Shown here: positions 1 through 9,800 of the stretch, one piece after another | Layout: every line of letters starts with the position of its first letter | Numbering within the stretch: the first letter of the stretch is position 1 | Assembly (NCBI GenBank): GCA_008369845.1 | Contig: MRSU01003038.1 | Span: 1 to 35,355 of the forward strand | Origin: Trichomonas gallinae | Taxonomy: Eukaryota | Direction: 5' to 3' | DNA: 35,355 nucleotides | Notes under the pieces: generated by a model | Database searches by the model: none | What the model was told of the DNA's origin: nothing | What the model saw: only the letters and a program-made list of their open reading frames with translations | Made by a program: the position numbers and the translations under genes

Positions 1-275
1 TTTGAGTACTTTGCTAAAATTGAATGTGTTTTACCTATGTTTTGTTTTCATCCTAAAAATATTTAACCTTAATCACTGTTTTCACTTTTTTGGCGTTATT
101 TCTATGTTATTCTGGAATTGCCACGTAAAATAAAATTTTGTCATGTAAGAATCATTAAAATCCCATTTTCAAAGTATATTAATAGTGTACGCTTATTTTG
201 GAGATGCTTTTTCAGCTCGATGACCCAAAATCTCGCAGTTTTATTAATATGACATCTATAAAAATGTGACAATAC

Positions 276-286
276 AAAAGTGTCAC
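276..286 (+). promoter_or_regulatory. Inr-containing core promoter element AAAAGTGTCAC
   Basis: TCAC immediately upstream of ATG 288. The identical 11-mer precedes ATG 33241. Confidence 0.5.
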
Positions 287-287
287 A

Positions 288-2069
288 ATGTTATCAATTT
301 TCTTCGTTTCCGCATTAACATGTGAAGGCCATCAGCATAGCCATGATGAGCACGTCTACAAGGAGACATGCTTCACGTTTGATGTATTCACGGGCAAATG
401 CCTTGATGATGCATCTGATGTTAAGACAGAGAAGAAGAGAATCATCAAGAAAATGCTCACACACCCAAGCGGAATGAGAGATGTCGATGAAACAGCAAGC
501 ATCGAGGCAAATGCACAAGCAGATCAAGTTATAGGCGAACCTCTTCCAAATTCTCAGCTTCCAATCATACCATATCCAAACGATGTTAAAATCAATGACG
601 GAACATTCACATTCAACGAAAACACAAAAATATTTACAAATCTTCCAAAGGACGAAAAGAAGCACTTTTTGGACTACTTGGCTGCCGAGCAACTCACTTT
701 TGTTTATAGCAGCACAAAACAAGAAGAAAATTCTTTGAATTTGCTTCTCGATTCTTCACTTGAGCTCAATGATGAAGGTTACACAATGGTTGTTACAGAG
801 AAGTCTGTCACAATCAGTGCTCCAAAGTGTGCTGGTATTTTCTACGGTATCCAGTCACTTCTTCAGTTGATTAACTTAGGAAACAGAAATGGCATGATTC
901 CTTGCGTCGAAATCAAGGATCAGCCAGAATTGAAGTACAGAGGCTTCATGCTTGATGTCTCTCGCCACTTCTATCCGCCATCATTCATCAAGAAGCAGTT
1001 AGACATGCTCGCTCACTTCAAGATCAACAGATTCCACTTCCACCTTGTCGATACTGGTGGCTGGAGACTCGAATCCAAGAAATACCCACAGCTCACACAG
1101 AAAACAGCCTACAGACCAGAAATCCGCTGGGTTCTCTGGCTTAATAGCGGTGCACAGTACTGCGATAAGGATGCTCCAGGCGCATACGGTGGTTTCTACA
1201 CACAAGAAGAGATGAAGGAGCTCATCAAATATGCTGCCGAAAGATATATCACAATTATCCCAGAAGTTGAAATGCCAGGCCACAACGAAGAAGTCCTCGC
1301 CACATTCCCAGAATTCTCATGCTCTGGAAAGCCATATGTTGACCACGATCTCTGCATCGGCAACCCAGGCTCCCTCCAGCTCATGAAGGACCTCCTCGAG
1401 GAAGTCATGGAGCTCTTCCCATCAGAGCTCATCCATATTGGCGGCGATGAAGCCACAATGACATCATGGAAGAAATGCCCGAAGTGCCAGCAGCTTAAGA
1501 AGGACAAGGGCTTCACAAGCGAGGAGCAGCTACAGTCGTACTTCATCAAGGAGATCGACTCATTCATCACAAGCAAGGGCAGAAAGCTCATCGGCTGGGA
1601 TGAAATCCTTAAGGGCGGCCTCTCAGAGCACGCTTGCGTCATGTCATGGACAGGTGAGCAGGGCGGCATCACAGCTGCCAATGCTGGCCACGAAGTCGTC
1701 ATGACACCAACAACATACTGCTACCTCGACTACATGACAGACCTCGCATGGACACAGCCACCAGGCATCGGCGGCCTCGTCAAGGTCAACACAATCTACA
1801 ACCACCCACCAGTTCCACCGGCCATCGATGAGGAGCACAGGAAGTTCGTCATAGGTTTCCAGGGCAACCTTTGGACTGAGTACGTCTACTCAAATAACCA
1901 CTGCGAGCACATGATCTGGCCAAGAATCATCGCCATCGCCGAGAACGGCTGGATCAAGCAGGATCTCAAGAACTACGACATGTTCGCACAGAGAGTTTCT
2001 AAAGCCCTCGACTGGCTCACAGAGAAAGGCTACAGACCATACAGATTCGATCAATCTATCGCTCAATAA
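288..2069 (+). CDS. Beta-N-acetylhexosaminidase, glycoside hydrolase family 20 (GH20b + GH20 catalytic domain), secreted/lysosomal
   Basis: 593-aa ORF with short N-terminal hydrophobic signal. Contains IIPYP GH20b start, EGY..GIFYGIQSLLQL, YRGFMLDVSRHF, HFHLVD.GWR, IIPEVEMPGH, catalytic HIGGDEA, IGWDEI and GFQGNLWTEY. Confidence 0.96.
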   Translation: MLSIFFVSALTCEGHQHSHDEHVYKETCFTFDVFTGKCLDDASDVKTEKKRIIKKMLTHPSGMRDVDETASIEANAQADQVIGEPLPNSQLPIIPYPNDVKINDGTFTFNENTKIFTNLPKDEKKHFLDYLAAEQLTFVYSSTKQEENSLNLLLDSSLELNDEGYTMVVTEKSVTISAPKCAGIFYGIQSLLQLINLGNRNGMIPCVEIKDQPELKYRGFMLDVSRHFYPPSFIKKQLDMLAHFKINRFHFHLVDTGGWRLESKKYPQLTQKTAYRPEIRWVLWLNSGAQYCDKDAPGAYGGFYTQEEMKELIKYAAERYITIIPEVEMPGHNEEVLATFPEFSCSGKPYVDHDLCIGNPGSLQLMKDLLEEVMELFPSELIHIGGDEATMTSWKKCPKCQQLKKDKGFTSEEQLQSYFIKEIDSFITSKGRKLIGWDEILKGGLSEHACVMSWTGEQGGITAANAGHEVVMTPTTYCYLDYMTDLAWTQPPGIGGLVKVNTIYNHPPVPPAIDEEHRKFVIGFQGNLWTEYVYSNNHCEHMIWPRIIAIAENGWIKQDLKNYDMFAQRVSKALDWLTEKGYRPYRFDQSIAQ

Positions 2070-2475
2070 GCTGAATAGTTATTTTTTTCCCTCAGTAAAC
2101 AAATCTTCAGTATAAATCTTCTTGTATTTATCTAAACATTAAGTATTTCATCGTTTCTAAAGTTTATTTCTCGATGTATTTAAACAAGTGGCAAACAAAT
2201 TATAAGTTATTTGTGTTTCATCTTTTTTAATGATGTAAGGAAGATTATATGAACGTAAATATAAGGACGCAAGAATTAAAAACTTCACTAATATTAGAAT
2301 GAATCAGATAAAAGAATTTTTTTGATATTAAAACATCGATGATGAAACGTTGATATATTAAAACGAAACACAAACAGTGGAAATTTCCCAAGAAGTCAGT
2401 AGTTATTATGTGGTTGAAAGAGGAAAAAGAGGATCAAAAAAATAAAGATTTATATTCAGCTACAACAAAAATTAT

Positions 2476-5400
2476 TCAATTGAATGATACGAAGCTTCTA
2501 GAGTTTGGAGCAACGATTGATGTGTTCTGGCCAAGTCCGCGTGACATTTTGACTGCGAACCATGAAGCTAAGAAGAGGCTCTTTGAAGAAGACTGCGCTG
2601 ACTGCTTAGCAGCTGCTGCGCCACTGACGAATGCGGCCTTCTGAGCTCTGAGGCTTGTTATGACTTCTGCAGACTTAGAAGCAGATCCTGCGATGCAAAG
2701 ATCGCTCAATCTCTTCCTCATGGATGCCTCGTCGCCTGGTGGAATCTCGCGCGCGACGTTCTGTATGAGCGATTTGGCCCACTTCTCCCACTCGCTGACT
2801 GATTTGATGGCTGCGACAGCCTTTGAGACTTTTTCTGATGGTTTCTCATCCTTGTTCAGCTGTGCCTGCTGCGTGGCGACCTTCCTCTTGAGCGCGATGA
2901 TCTGGCTCTCTGAGTCTTCGAGCTTTTCTCCAATTCTTTCGACTAATTCGAAAACTTGTTCGTCCGTTCCGTCGAAATCGTTTGGCGCGAACTGCTCTAA
3001 GACTGCTGCGAGCTTGGATACATAGGAATCAAGCCTCTCTTTCGCGACTTCTTCCATTTCTTTCTTGACATTTTCCATTTCGACGTCTTTCATTGCTACC
3101 TGGCTCTGCCAATAGGCGTCACGGGCTGACTGGGCCTGTTCAACGCGCTTTTCGAGCTGTTCGATTCTGCCAAGTAAAATATCTTTCTCTGCCTGCAAAC
3201 CTTTGACCTGGGTCGTTAATGCTCCTTCATTTGCTTTTCCGTCGCGATTGGATTTGCCTGAAACAGTGACTCCTTCCTTGATCTTCGACATTAAAGCTTG
3301 GTTTTGCATTCTGAGGGCAGCTGTTGTGTCCTTCTGCTTGCGGAATGCAGTATCGTACTCAGCAATCAACTGTTTGAGCGTTTGTTTAGCTTCTTGTAAT
3401 TTTTGTGTCTTTCTGTCGAGATTTTGCTGTAATTTCTCTTCGCGCTGTTTGTATTTCTCTGTGAGCTGCTCAACATCGGCGTCGTGCTGTTGCTTTTCGA
3501 GATTAATAAGTTGTGTGACTCTCTCGTCGTATTTTTGTTGTCTTTCGACCCGATCTTTGTGTAATTGTTCGTTCTCATCTCTAACACGATTCATTTCATC
3601 CTGTAAATCGTTGTGTGTCGACTGAAGAAGATTTAATTTGTTTTCTGTTGACTGCAAGTTCTGCCTTGTATCGGAAAGGGAGTCCTTGAGGTCAATGATT
3701 TCGTTCTGCGCGTGTTTGTATCTGTCTTCTGCTTCAGAAAGTTCTTGAGATTTTTGATTCAGCTGAATTTCGAGGTTTGAGATAACATTTGTGCTTGTTT
3801 CCTTCTCATTTTGAAGTTCTTCCTCGGCTGCTGCAAGTTGATTCTTCATTTCTTCAACAGTTGAAACTTGAAGATTATCAAAATCGTTCTGGATCTTTTC
3901 TATCAACTGTGTAGCACGTGTTGGGATTTCCTCGAGCGGGCCATCGAAGTTGATGATCTCGCGGAGTTCTGTATCGACGTGTGTAACGATTCCCTTCGAT
4001 TGAGTGATGAATTGAAGGATTTGTTCGTAAGAAGCTTCAATATCGTTGTAGTCACCCTCGAATTCGATTACATCCTTCGAATTCTTTGTGAAAACGCGAG
4101 AAGATTTGAGAATTTGAATAATCTTTTGAAGGGCTTCGAGTGGTTCGCCTTCGAACTTGACGATCTCTGAGGCTTCCTTGACGGATACCGTGAGCTGATC
4201 GTTTTGTTCTATAATGGATTCGGACAATCTGCGAACAACTTCCGCAGTTAAAGCGGAGAAGGCCGCAATGTCGAAATTTTTCCTGTCCGTTGTAGAATTG
4301 GAGTAAGAATCGAGTTCTTTTTGAGCCATATCAATCGGAGGAAGCTGATTATCTGGAATCAGGTTATGCTCTGATAGGAACTGCCTGCAACGTGCAATTT
4401 CGACAGCTATGTCGTTCTTGAATGACTTAGATTCGAGAATTGTCTCGTTTGCTTCAGGAGAAGAAAGTAAGAATAATTGAATCTCGCCGCTGCGGCTCAA
4501 ATTGCTGATAAAGCGAAGCTGATTCTCGATGATGTTAAGAAGTTCTGGTGTAAAGTTGGATTCTTCCTTTGCAGTCTTATTCTTCAATAATTGTTGAACA
4601 ACTTCCAAAGCGGACTGATTATCGAGCTCGCCATAGTCTCCACGAAGCAAGTCACGTATTGGTTCCATTGTATCGCGCTCAATGATTGTTTGAGATTTAT
4701 AAGTTTTCGGAGAAGGCGGCGATTCGACTGGAATTTCTCTTTCCCTGATTGGCGAGCCGAATGATGCAGAAAGAACCTGTTCCTGGTTCTGCTGAAGCGT
4801 TGATTGTGTCTTAGTTAATTCATCTGTCAAAGTTCCAATGAGATCATTCTGTTTCTGGATCAGATTCATGGCGTCTGTCCTGTTCTTGTAGAGTTGGTTG
4901 ATCTCTTCTGACTGGCTCTGGCAGAGATTTGTAATTTGAAGTAATGCCTTAGCAATCCTTTCGTTTTCTGTCTTTTGAGCAGTCAAGTTCTCTGGATTGA
5001 GCTCGTACAACTCCTTGGACATGCTTTCGATCTTAGACATCAATTCGCCGTTCTGCGTCTTCAAATCTTCGTTTTCTGCTTCGAGATGGTGCAATTCCGA
5101 AGACTGCGCGTGGAGCTGCTCTTTGAAATTGGCAACCTTGATGGCGCTGGCCTCGATTTTAGACCTCGTAATAACGTTATTTGACTTTTCGTTGGCTAAT
5201 TCTTTGTTTAACTCGTCTATTTGACGTTGGAGGCGAGAAACGTTGAACTCAGACATCGAGAGTTTGTCTTTTGTCTCTCTTTCGCTGTCCTGTACTTGTC
5301 CATTTTCTTTCTTCAAGTTCTGTATCATGCTATCGTACGAAGACCTCTCCTTCGAAAGGTTATGATTGAGTTCAGCTATTTTCTGAGCCATGGAGTTGTT

Positions 5401-5925
5401 TTCTTCTCTCGTTTGCTTCAATTCGTTTCTCAAAGCTTCTTTCGTGCGCTCAGAGATCTTGAAGCGCCCATCAAGCTCAGCGGCCTCTTGTTGGGCCTTG
5501 AGTAACTCTCTCGTCAGCTTCTGGAAGTCCTCCATCGATATAACAGCTTTTTCCTTTGGATTCGTTTGCTGCGTTTTATTCTGCGCGGGCTGAGATACGT
5601 TGGCTATGGGCGCCACAGACTGCTGTGCGAGCTTTGAAACTTGGTAAGCGAAAGTCCTTACAATGAATTCCAGATCAGTTCTGTTTTCCTTGCTGTATTT
5701 CACGAAACCTTCAGCGTCAAAGAGCTTCTTCAGCTTGATCGCGATGTCTCGTAGTTCATTTGAGTCGCCAGCGAGCTTAATTAAGTCCGGAGGTTTATCA
5801 TTTTCGAAAGTCTTAGCGGTAAGCAGCATCGGATTCATGATCAGAGGGTCGACCTCGGGGTACTCAATGAAATCGTCCGCGTCGCCGAGGGACCCAAGAA
5901 AGTCGTCGTCGTTTTGTTCAGTCAT
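2476..5925 (-). CDS. Large coiled-coil protein (about 1149 aa), probably cytoskeletal/structural
   Basis: Long E/K/Q/L-rich heptad segments. The ORF-track start at 6057 is TTG in AT-rich DNA. The first in-frame ATG is 5925 (MTEQNDDDF), with Inr-like TCACTT at 5954-5959. Confidence 0.88.
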   Translation of the reverse strand: MTEQNDDDFLGSLGDADDFIEYPEVDPLIMNPMLLTAKTFENDKPPDLIKLAGDSNELRDIAIKLKKLFDAEGFVKYSKENRTDLEFIVRTFAYQVSKLAQQSVAPIANVSQPAQNKTQQTNPKEKAVISMEDFQKLTRELLKAQQEAAELDGRFKISERTKEALRNELKQTREENNSMAQKIAELNHNLSKERSSYDSMIQNLKKENGQVQDSERETKDKLSMSEFNVSRLQRQIDELNKELANEKSNNVITRSKIEASAIKVANFKEQLHAQSSELHHLEAENEDLKTQNGELMSKIESMSKELYELNPENLTAQKTENERIAKALLQITNLCQSQSEEINQLYKNRTDAMNLIQKQNDLIGTLTDELTKTQSTLQQNQEQVLSASFGSPIREREIPVESPPSPKTYKSQTIIERDTMEPIRDLLRGDYGELDNQSALEVVQQLLKNKTAKEESNFTPELLNIIENQLRFISNLSRSGEIQLFLLSSPEANETILESKSFKNDIAVEIARCRQFLSEHNLIPDNQLPPIDMAQKELDSYSNSTTDRKNFDIAAFSALTAEVVRRLSESIIEQNDQLTVSVKEASEIVKFEGEPLEALQKIIQILKSSRVFTKNSKDVIEFEGDYNDIEASYEQILQFITQSKGIVTHVDTELREIINFDGPLEEIPTRATQLIEKIQNDFDNLQVSTVEEMKNQLAAAEEELQNEKETSTNVISNLEIQLNQKSQELSEAEDRYKHAQNEIIDLKDSLSDTRQNLQSTENKLNLLQSTHNDLQDEMNRVRDENEQLHKDRVERQQKYDERVTQLINLEKQQHDADVEQLTEKYKQREEKLQQNLDRKTQKLQEAKQTLKQLIAEYDTAFRKQKDTTAALRMQNQALMSKIKEGVTVSGKSNRDGKANEGALTTQVKGLQAEKDILLGRIEQLEKRVEQAQSARDAYWQSQVAMKDVEMENVKKEMEEVAKERLDSYVSKLAAVLEQFAPNDFDGTDEQVFELVERIGEKLEDSESQIIALKRKVATQQAQLNKDEKPSEKVSKAVAAIKSVSEWEKWAKSLIQNVAREIPPGDEASMRKRLSDLCIAGSASKSAEVITSLRAQKAAFVSGAAAAKQSAQSSSKSLFLASWFAVKMSRGLGQNTSIVAPNSRSFVSFN

Positions 5926-5953
5926 TTTAGTCTTTACAAATATTTTTACAAAA

Positions 5954-5959
5954 AAGTGA
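5954..5959 (-). promoter_or_regulatory. Initiator (Inr)-like TCACTT
   Basis: Matches trichomonad Inr TCA(C/T)T(T/A), about 30 nt upstream of ATG 5925. Confidence 0.5.
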
Positions 5960-6250
5960 CAAAATATTTTTCTTTTAAAAATCGGCCAATTTCCTGTTTT
6001 TCCTGCATTTTTGGGTCCAAATAGCGAAATAATTGAGAAAAACTTGATTGAGCTCAAGTTTCTGTGATTACAAATTTTTTATTATTGGTTTTGAGTAATT
6101 GATTTATATTCCATTCGCTTGTACACATCCATTATGTTTGATTGACAGCGAGATAATTGGATATTATTTAATATTTATTTGTGATTATATTATTTTTGGA
6201 TTGGAAGAAATTAGTTTATAAAATGTGACGATCTGTTAATTATTCTAACA

Positions 6251-6478
6251 TTAGCTCAAGTTACAACGCTGGTTCAGAGGTGTACCAATGACGATTGAAA
6301 TGACGTTATTTACGTAAATTCCTCGTGCATATCCGCCGTGACCACCTCCAATAGACTCAGGACCACCGCCTTTTGCACCCCATGCCTCAAAAAGATAAAT
6401 TCCATTATCTATTACCAAACGTTGCGCTTCACAATTAGGTGGATCAAGACAACTAAAGTCATATAATTTTTGATACAT
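6251..6478 (-). pseudogene. Truncated glycine-rich protein family gene (ALK/LTK-like Gly-rich domain, 'PE-PGRS/loricrin-like')
   Basis: GIYLFEAWGAKGGG...GGHGGYARGI matches the GxYxFExWGAxGG...GGYxxG start of this domain, preceded by a C-x5-C motif. It stops after 75 aa. Confidence 0.7.
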
Positions 6479-6893
6479 TATTCATTTTCATTAATAATTG
6501 TGCAAGCAGCCTAAAACAAGATTTTATAAACTCAAACTCTTATTTTTACGCAAGAAGGCTCATTTGGCAAAGTATCATATAAGCCAAGCTAAGCTAATCT
6601 ATTTTTTGATTATATACTGATAATATAGTACCTATAATATCTTACCAACTACATAACACATTATGTTTCTTTTAAATTAAGATAGATAACGATCATTTGA
6701 TAATATATAGAATGATTGTCAAAAAATCTACATCAACAATATTTTACTGCACTGCATTTCCTATAGCATCTTGTATGATACAGACCATAGTATTAGTAAA
6801 AAAAGTCTTTGCTTGCAACATAGTGAACTGAATTTTGAATATAAACAAATTTATTAATAACACAAAAATATAAACAAAATTTAAATATAAAAA

Positions 6894-9800
6894 TTACTGG
6901 TGGCCGAAGATTATATGTGCACATCTTTGAGCCCAGAACGATTCTGTCTTGGCCGCTTGTATTGGAATCTTTGCAACTAATGTCTTAAGGCCGTTGCATT
7001 CAGCATAGAGTGGGATTGAGATTGTTCCTGATGGCAACTGTTTGACTGGCTTAAGATGCATAACAGGAAGCTCATTGACAACTTTGTCGTCAATTTCATC
7101 AATACAATTACTTTCGTCATTCCATCGAGCACCAACAATCATTAAGCCTGAAACATTCGCTCCAACATCTGCTGGACTCTCTTTGTTATCCGGAATCTTA
7201 GCTAAAATGAATGTCGTGTGTGGCATTGATTGATTCATTCTCGAGAATTTGATCATCAGAGCAGAAATGTATGCGCGCGGATCAGCGAGGCTAGAAATGT
7301 CAATGACAGCAGGCCTTGCCATTCTCGCCCACTGGTTGTATGTTTCTGCAGCATATGTTAATCGTGTCATCCACGCATCAAGTGGGCCAGGCCATGGCAT
7401 TAGTTTAGTCCACTCTAATGGAAGCTCGCCGCGTAAAAGTTCTTGCGGTGGTTTGTGAGGAGACTTTCTGATCATCTGGATTACTTCTTGCTCCTTGAGT
7501 GCATCGCGTTCGAAGACTATATTGACTGGGTCTGGCTTTGACTCCATTGGAGTGATTGTGTCGAGTTCAGGAAGCCGCTTGATGAGCGATGAGAAGAAAA
7601 TTCCACGTTCAGAGAATGAAATTTCTTTGCTTGGTAGCAAATCTTGACGCTTTTGAGCAACACGTGGCAAACCAATTATTTCTGGGTTGTCTTCATCTGA
7701 TGAATGCGACAACAGCTCTTGTAGTTCTGGAAGAGACTGAGGAGGTGCATATGACGTCTCTATTCCTAATATTGGTGATTCTGGTAGTAAGTTGTCTTTG
7801 TTCAAAACTCTTTCGAAAACTGCAGCAATTGTTGTTGCATCTGTTTCATATCTTGAGTGGCCTGCATAGCACCACTTGAAAGCAGAACCTGTAGCAGCAA
7901 GTGTGAATGAAGAAAGATCTTGTAGATAAGGTTTGACGATGTTGGATGCAAAAATAAAGTCAACAATACTGAAATTGCACTTTTCTGCGAAACAAACATC
8001 TCTGTAAAGGTTTCTTTGCGCAATAGTTGCATGTGCGAGAGCAAGAGAAAGAGTGAGCCTGCAGCATTGAGCACCGGCGAAGAACTCTGCTGGGAGACAC
8101 TCCAAACAATTCTGAATGACTCCCTTGGTAGATGTTGGAGCTTCCAGGGCAACTTTTGCCGCAAGATTTAACAAGCGTGGTGGGAATGAGCTAACATCTG
8201 TTGCGCTGATGAACAGCAAGAAGTTGTTATGTGCTCCTCCTTTAGCAATTGCGTTGTCGACAATCTCAATGAATCCAGGCAAACATTCGCAATTTTCGAG
8301 CAAAAGCCAGTCGCCTCTCTGCATTGCAACATTCAAAGCTTTCTCTGCACTGGCCATTTGTCCTTGTCCTAAACTTCTCACCTGCAAGTTGTGTCCTTTA
8401 GCGATTTTCTGTATGTATCTCCTTGGTGTCACTCTTCCGTGTAATGTAATAATCAAAGGAGTCAACGGGCCGGCGATTTTCATTGCTGATTCTATGTCGA
8501 ATTTCACTGGCTTCGAATACTCTTTTCCTAATGTGTGCTCGATGTAGATTCTCATGACAGACTCAAAGTTTTGAGGATTCAGTTCTCTCTGCAACAATAA
8601 GCATTGGAACTCTGTCAATCCTTCGCTTATGCAGCTAGGAATTGTCAACAAATTTGATTTATACCATTCTTCGAGTTGATGGGCAGACATCTTAATGGTT
8701 TCTGGTATGTGTTTAAGTGACGACAAAGTGTTTGCCAAAGCAATAATTCTTCCCCAAGCTTTCTGTGAAATATCTTTGACTGGCGGAGCTTCGACTGTTG
8801 GAACTGGGCTTGGTCTCTTCAAAAGAACAGCGAGTTCCTCTCTTGTTAGTCTTCTATCTGCTATCGACATGTCAGTGGCAACAGATAAAGCGAATTCAAG
8901 TTGGTCTTTAGATTTCAATGCGCGTGAAATCGAAGCGAAAAGTGCATAAGAAACTTTCGGAATAATTTCATCGATGTTATCATTGGAATCAGCATTAAGT
9001 GTTGAATCAACAATATGTCTGATGAATGAGTTCGAGAACCTGTATGAGGCATTCTTCGTGCAAAGATTGGAAGCAGCGTTGCTGATCAATGCAACTCTGT
9101 TTGCAACAGGAAGATATTTGTCTCTTTTCTCGATTAATGCATCAAACTTTCTCTGTGTTTCAGATAATGTTTTAGTGCTTTCCATCAATGTCTGCTTGTT
9201 TGTTTCAAGAGTGTTGATCAAGATTTCATCATCGAGAATCTGATCTTGTCCAATTGTTCTGATTGTTTCGAGGATTTTGTCGTTTATCTGCTTGATGACT
9301 TTTTCTTCGCAAATGATTTTCTCTCTTGCATCTCTGATTTCCTTTGATAACTGTGGATTAACAATGTCAGCTATGTGTAATAGTTCTTGTTTGGCGAAGG
9401 CTTCTTTGGAGATCTCGAATTCGACAACAGTTGCTTTAGTGAAGGCTTGTGGAGAAGGACTGTCTGACAAAGGAACTGTCATGTAAATTCTGTAATTTTC
9501 ATCGCATTCAGCAGCTTTGTCGCCGAGTTTTACGTAAGTCTTTCCATCTTGTTTGAATATCTTCCTTGTTGTCAAGTTTTCGAGTGAAGCATCAAACGTT
9601 GACTCAACATCTTCAATTAATATTGGGACTCCGAGTCTTATCGAGCTTTCTATTGTCCTGTTGAGGTTGTGTGTTGTCGGACGAACGACTGCGATTTGAT
9701 GGGATTCTTCTACATTCTGGATGAATTTAGAAGCAATTCCTGTACTATCTAGAATGAAAGGAGTTCTCTCGCTGTTCATTATGATTGTGGCTGACTCTAT

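Noticed and set aside
2408..2644. 78-aa plus-strand ORF
   Set aside because: Mostly antisense to the coiled-coil gene's 3' end and has no domain signal.
5926..6057. N-terminal extensions from the ORF track (also 21816-21935, 24942-24950, 27767-27808, 33133-33240)
   Set aside because: Non-ATG starts or AT-rich, Phe/Lys/Ile-biased read-through of promoter DNA. Downstream ATGs have better context.
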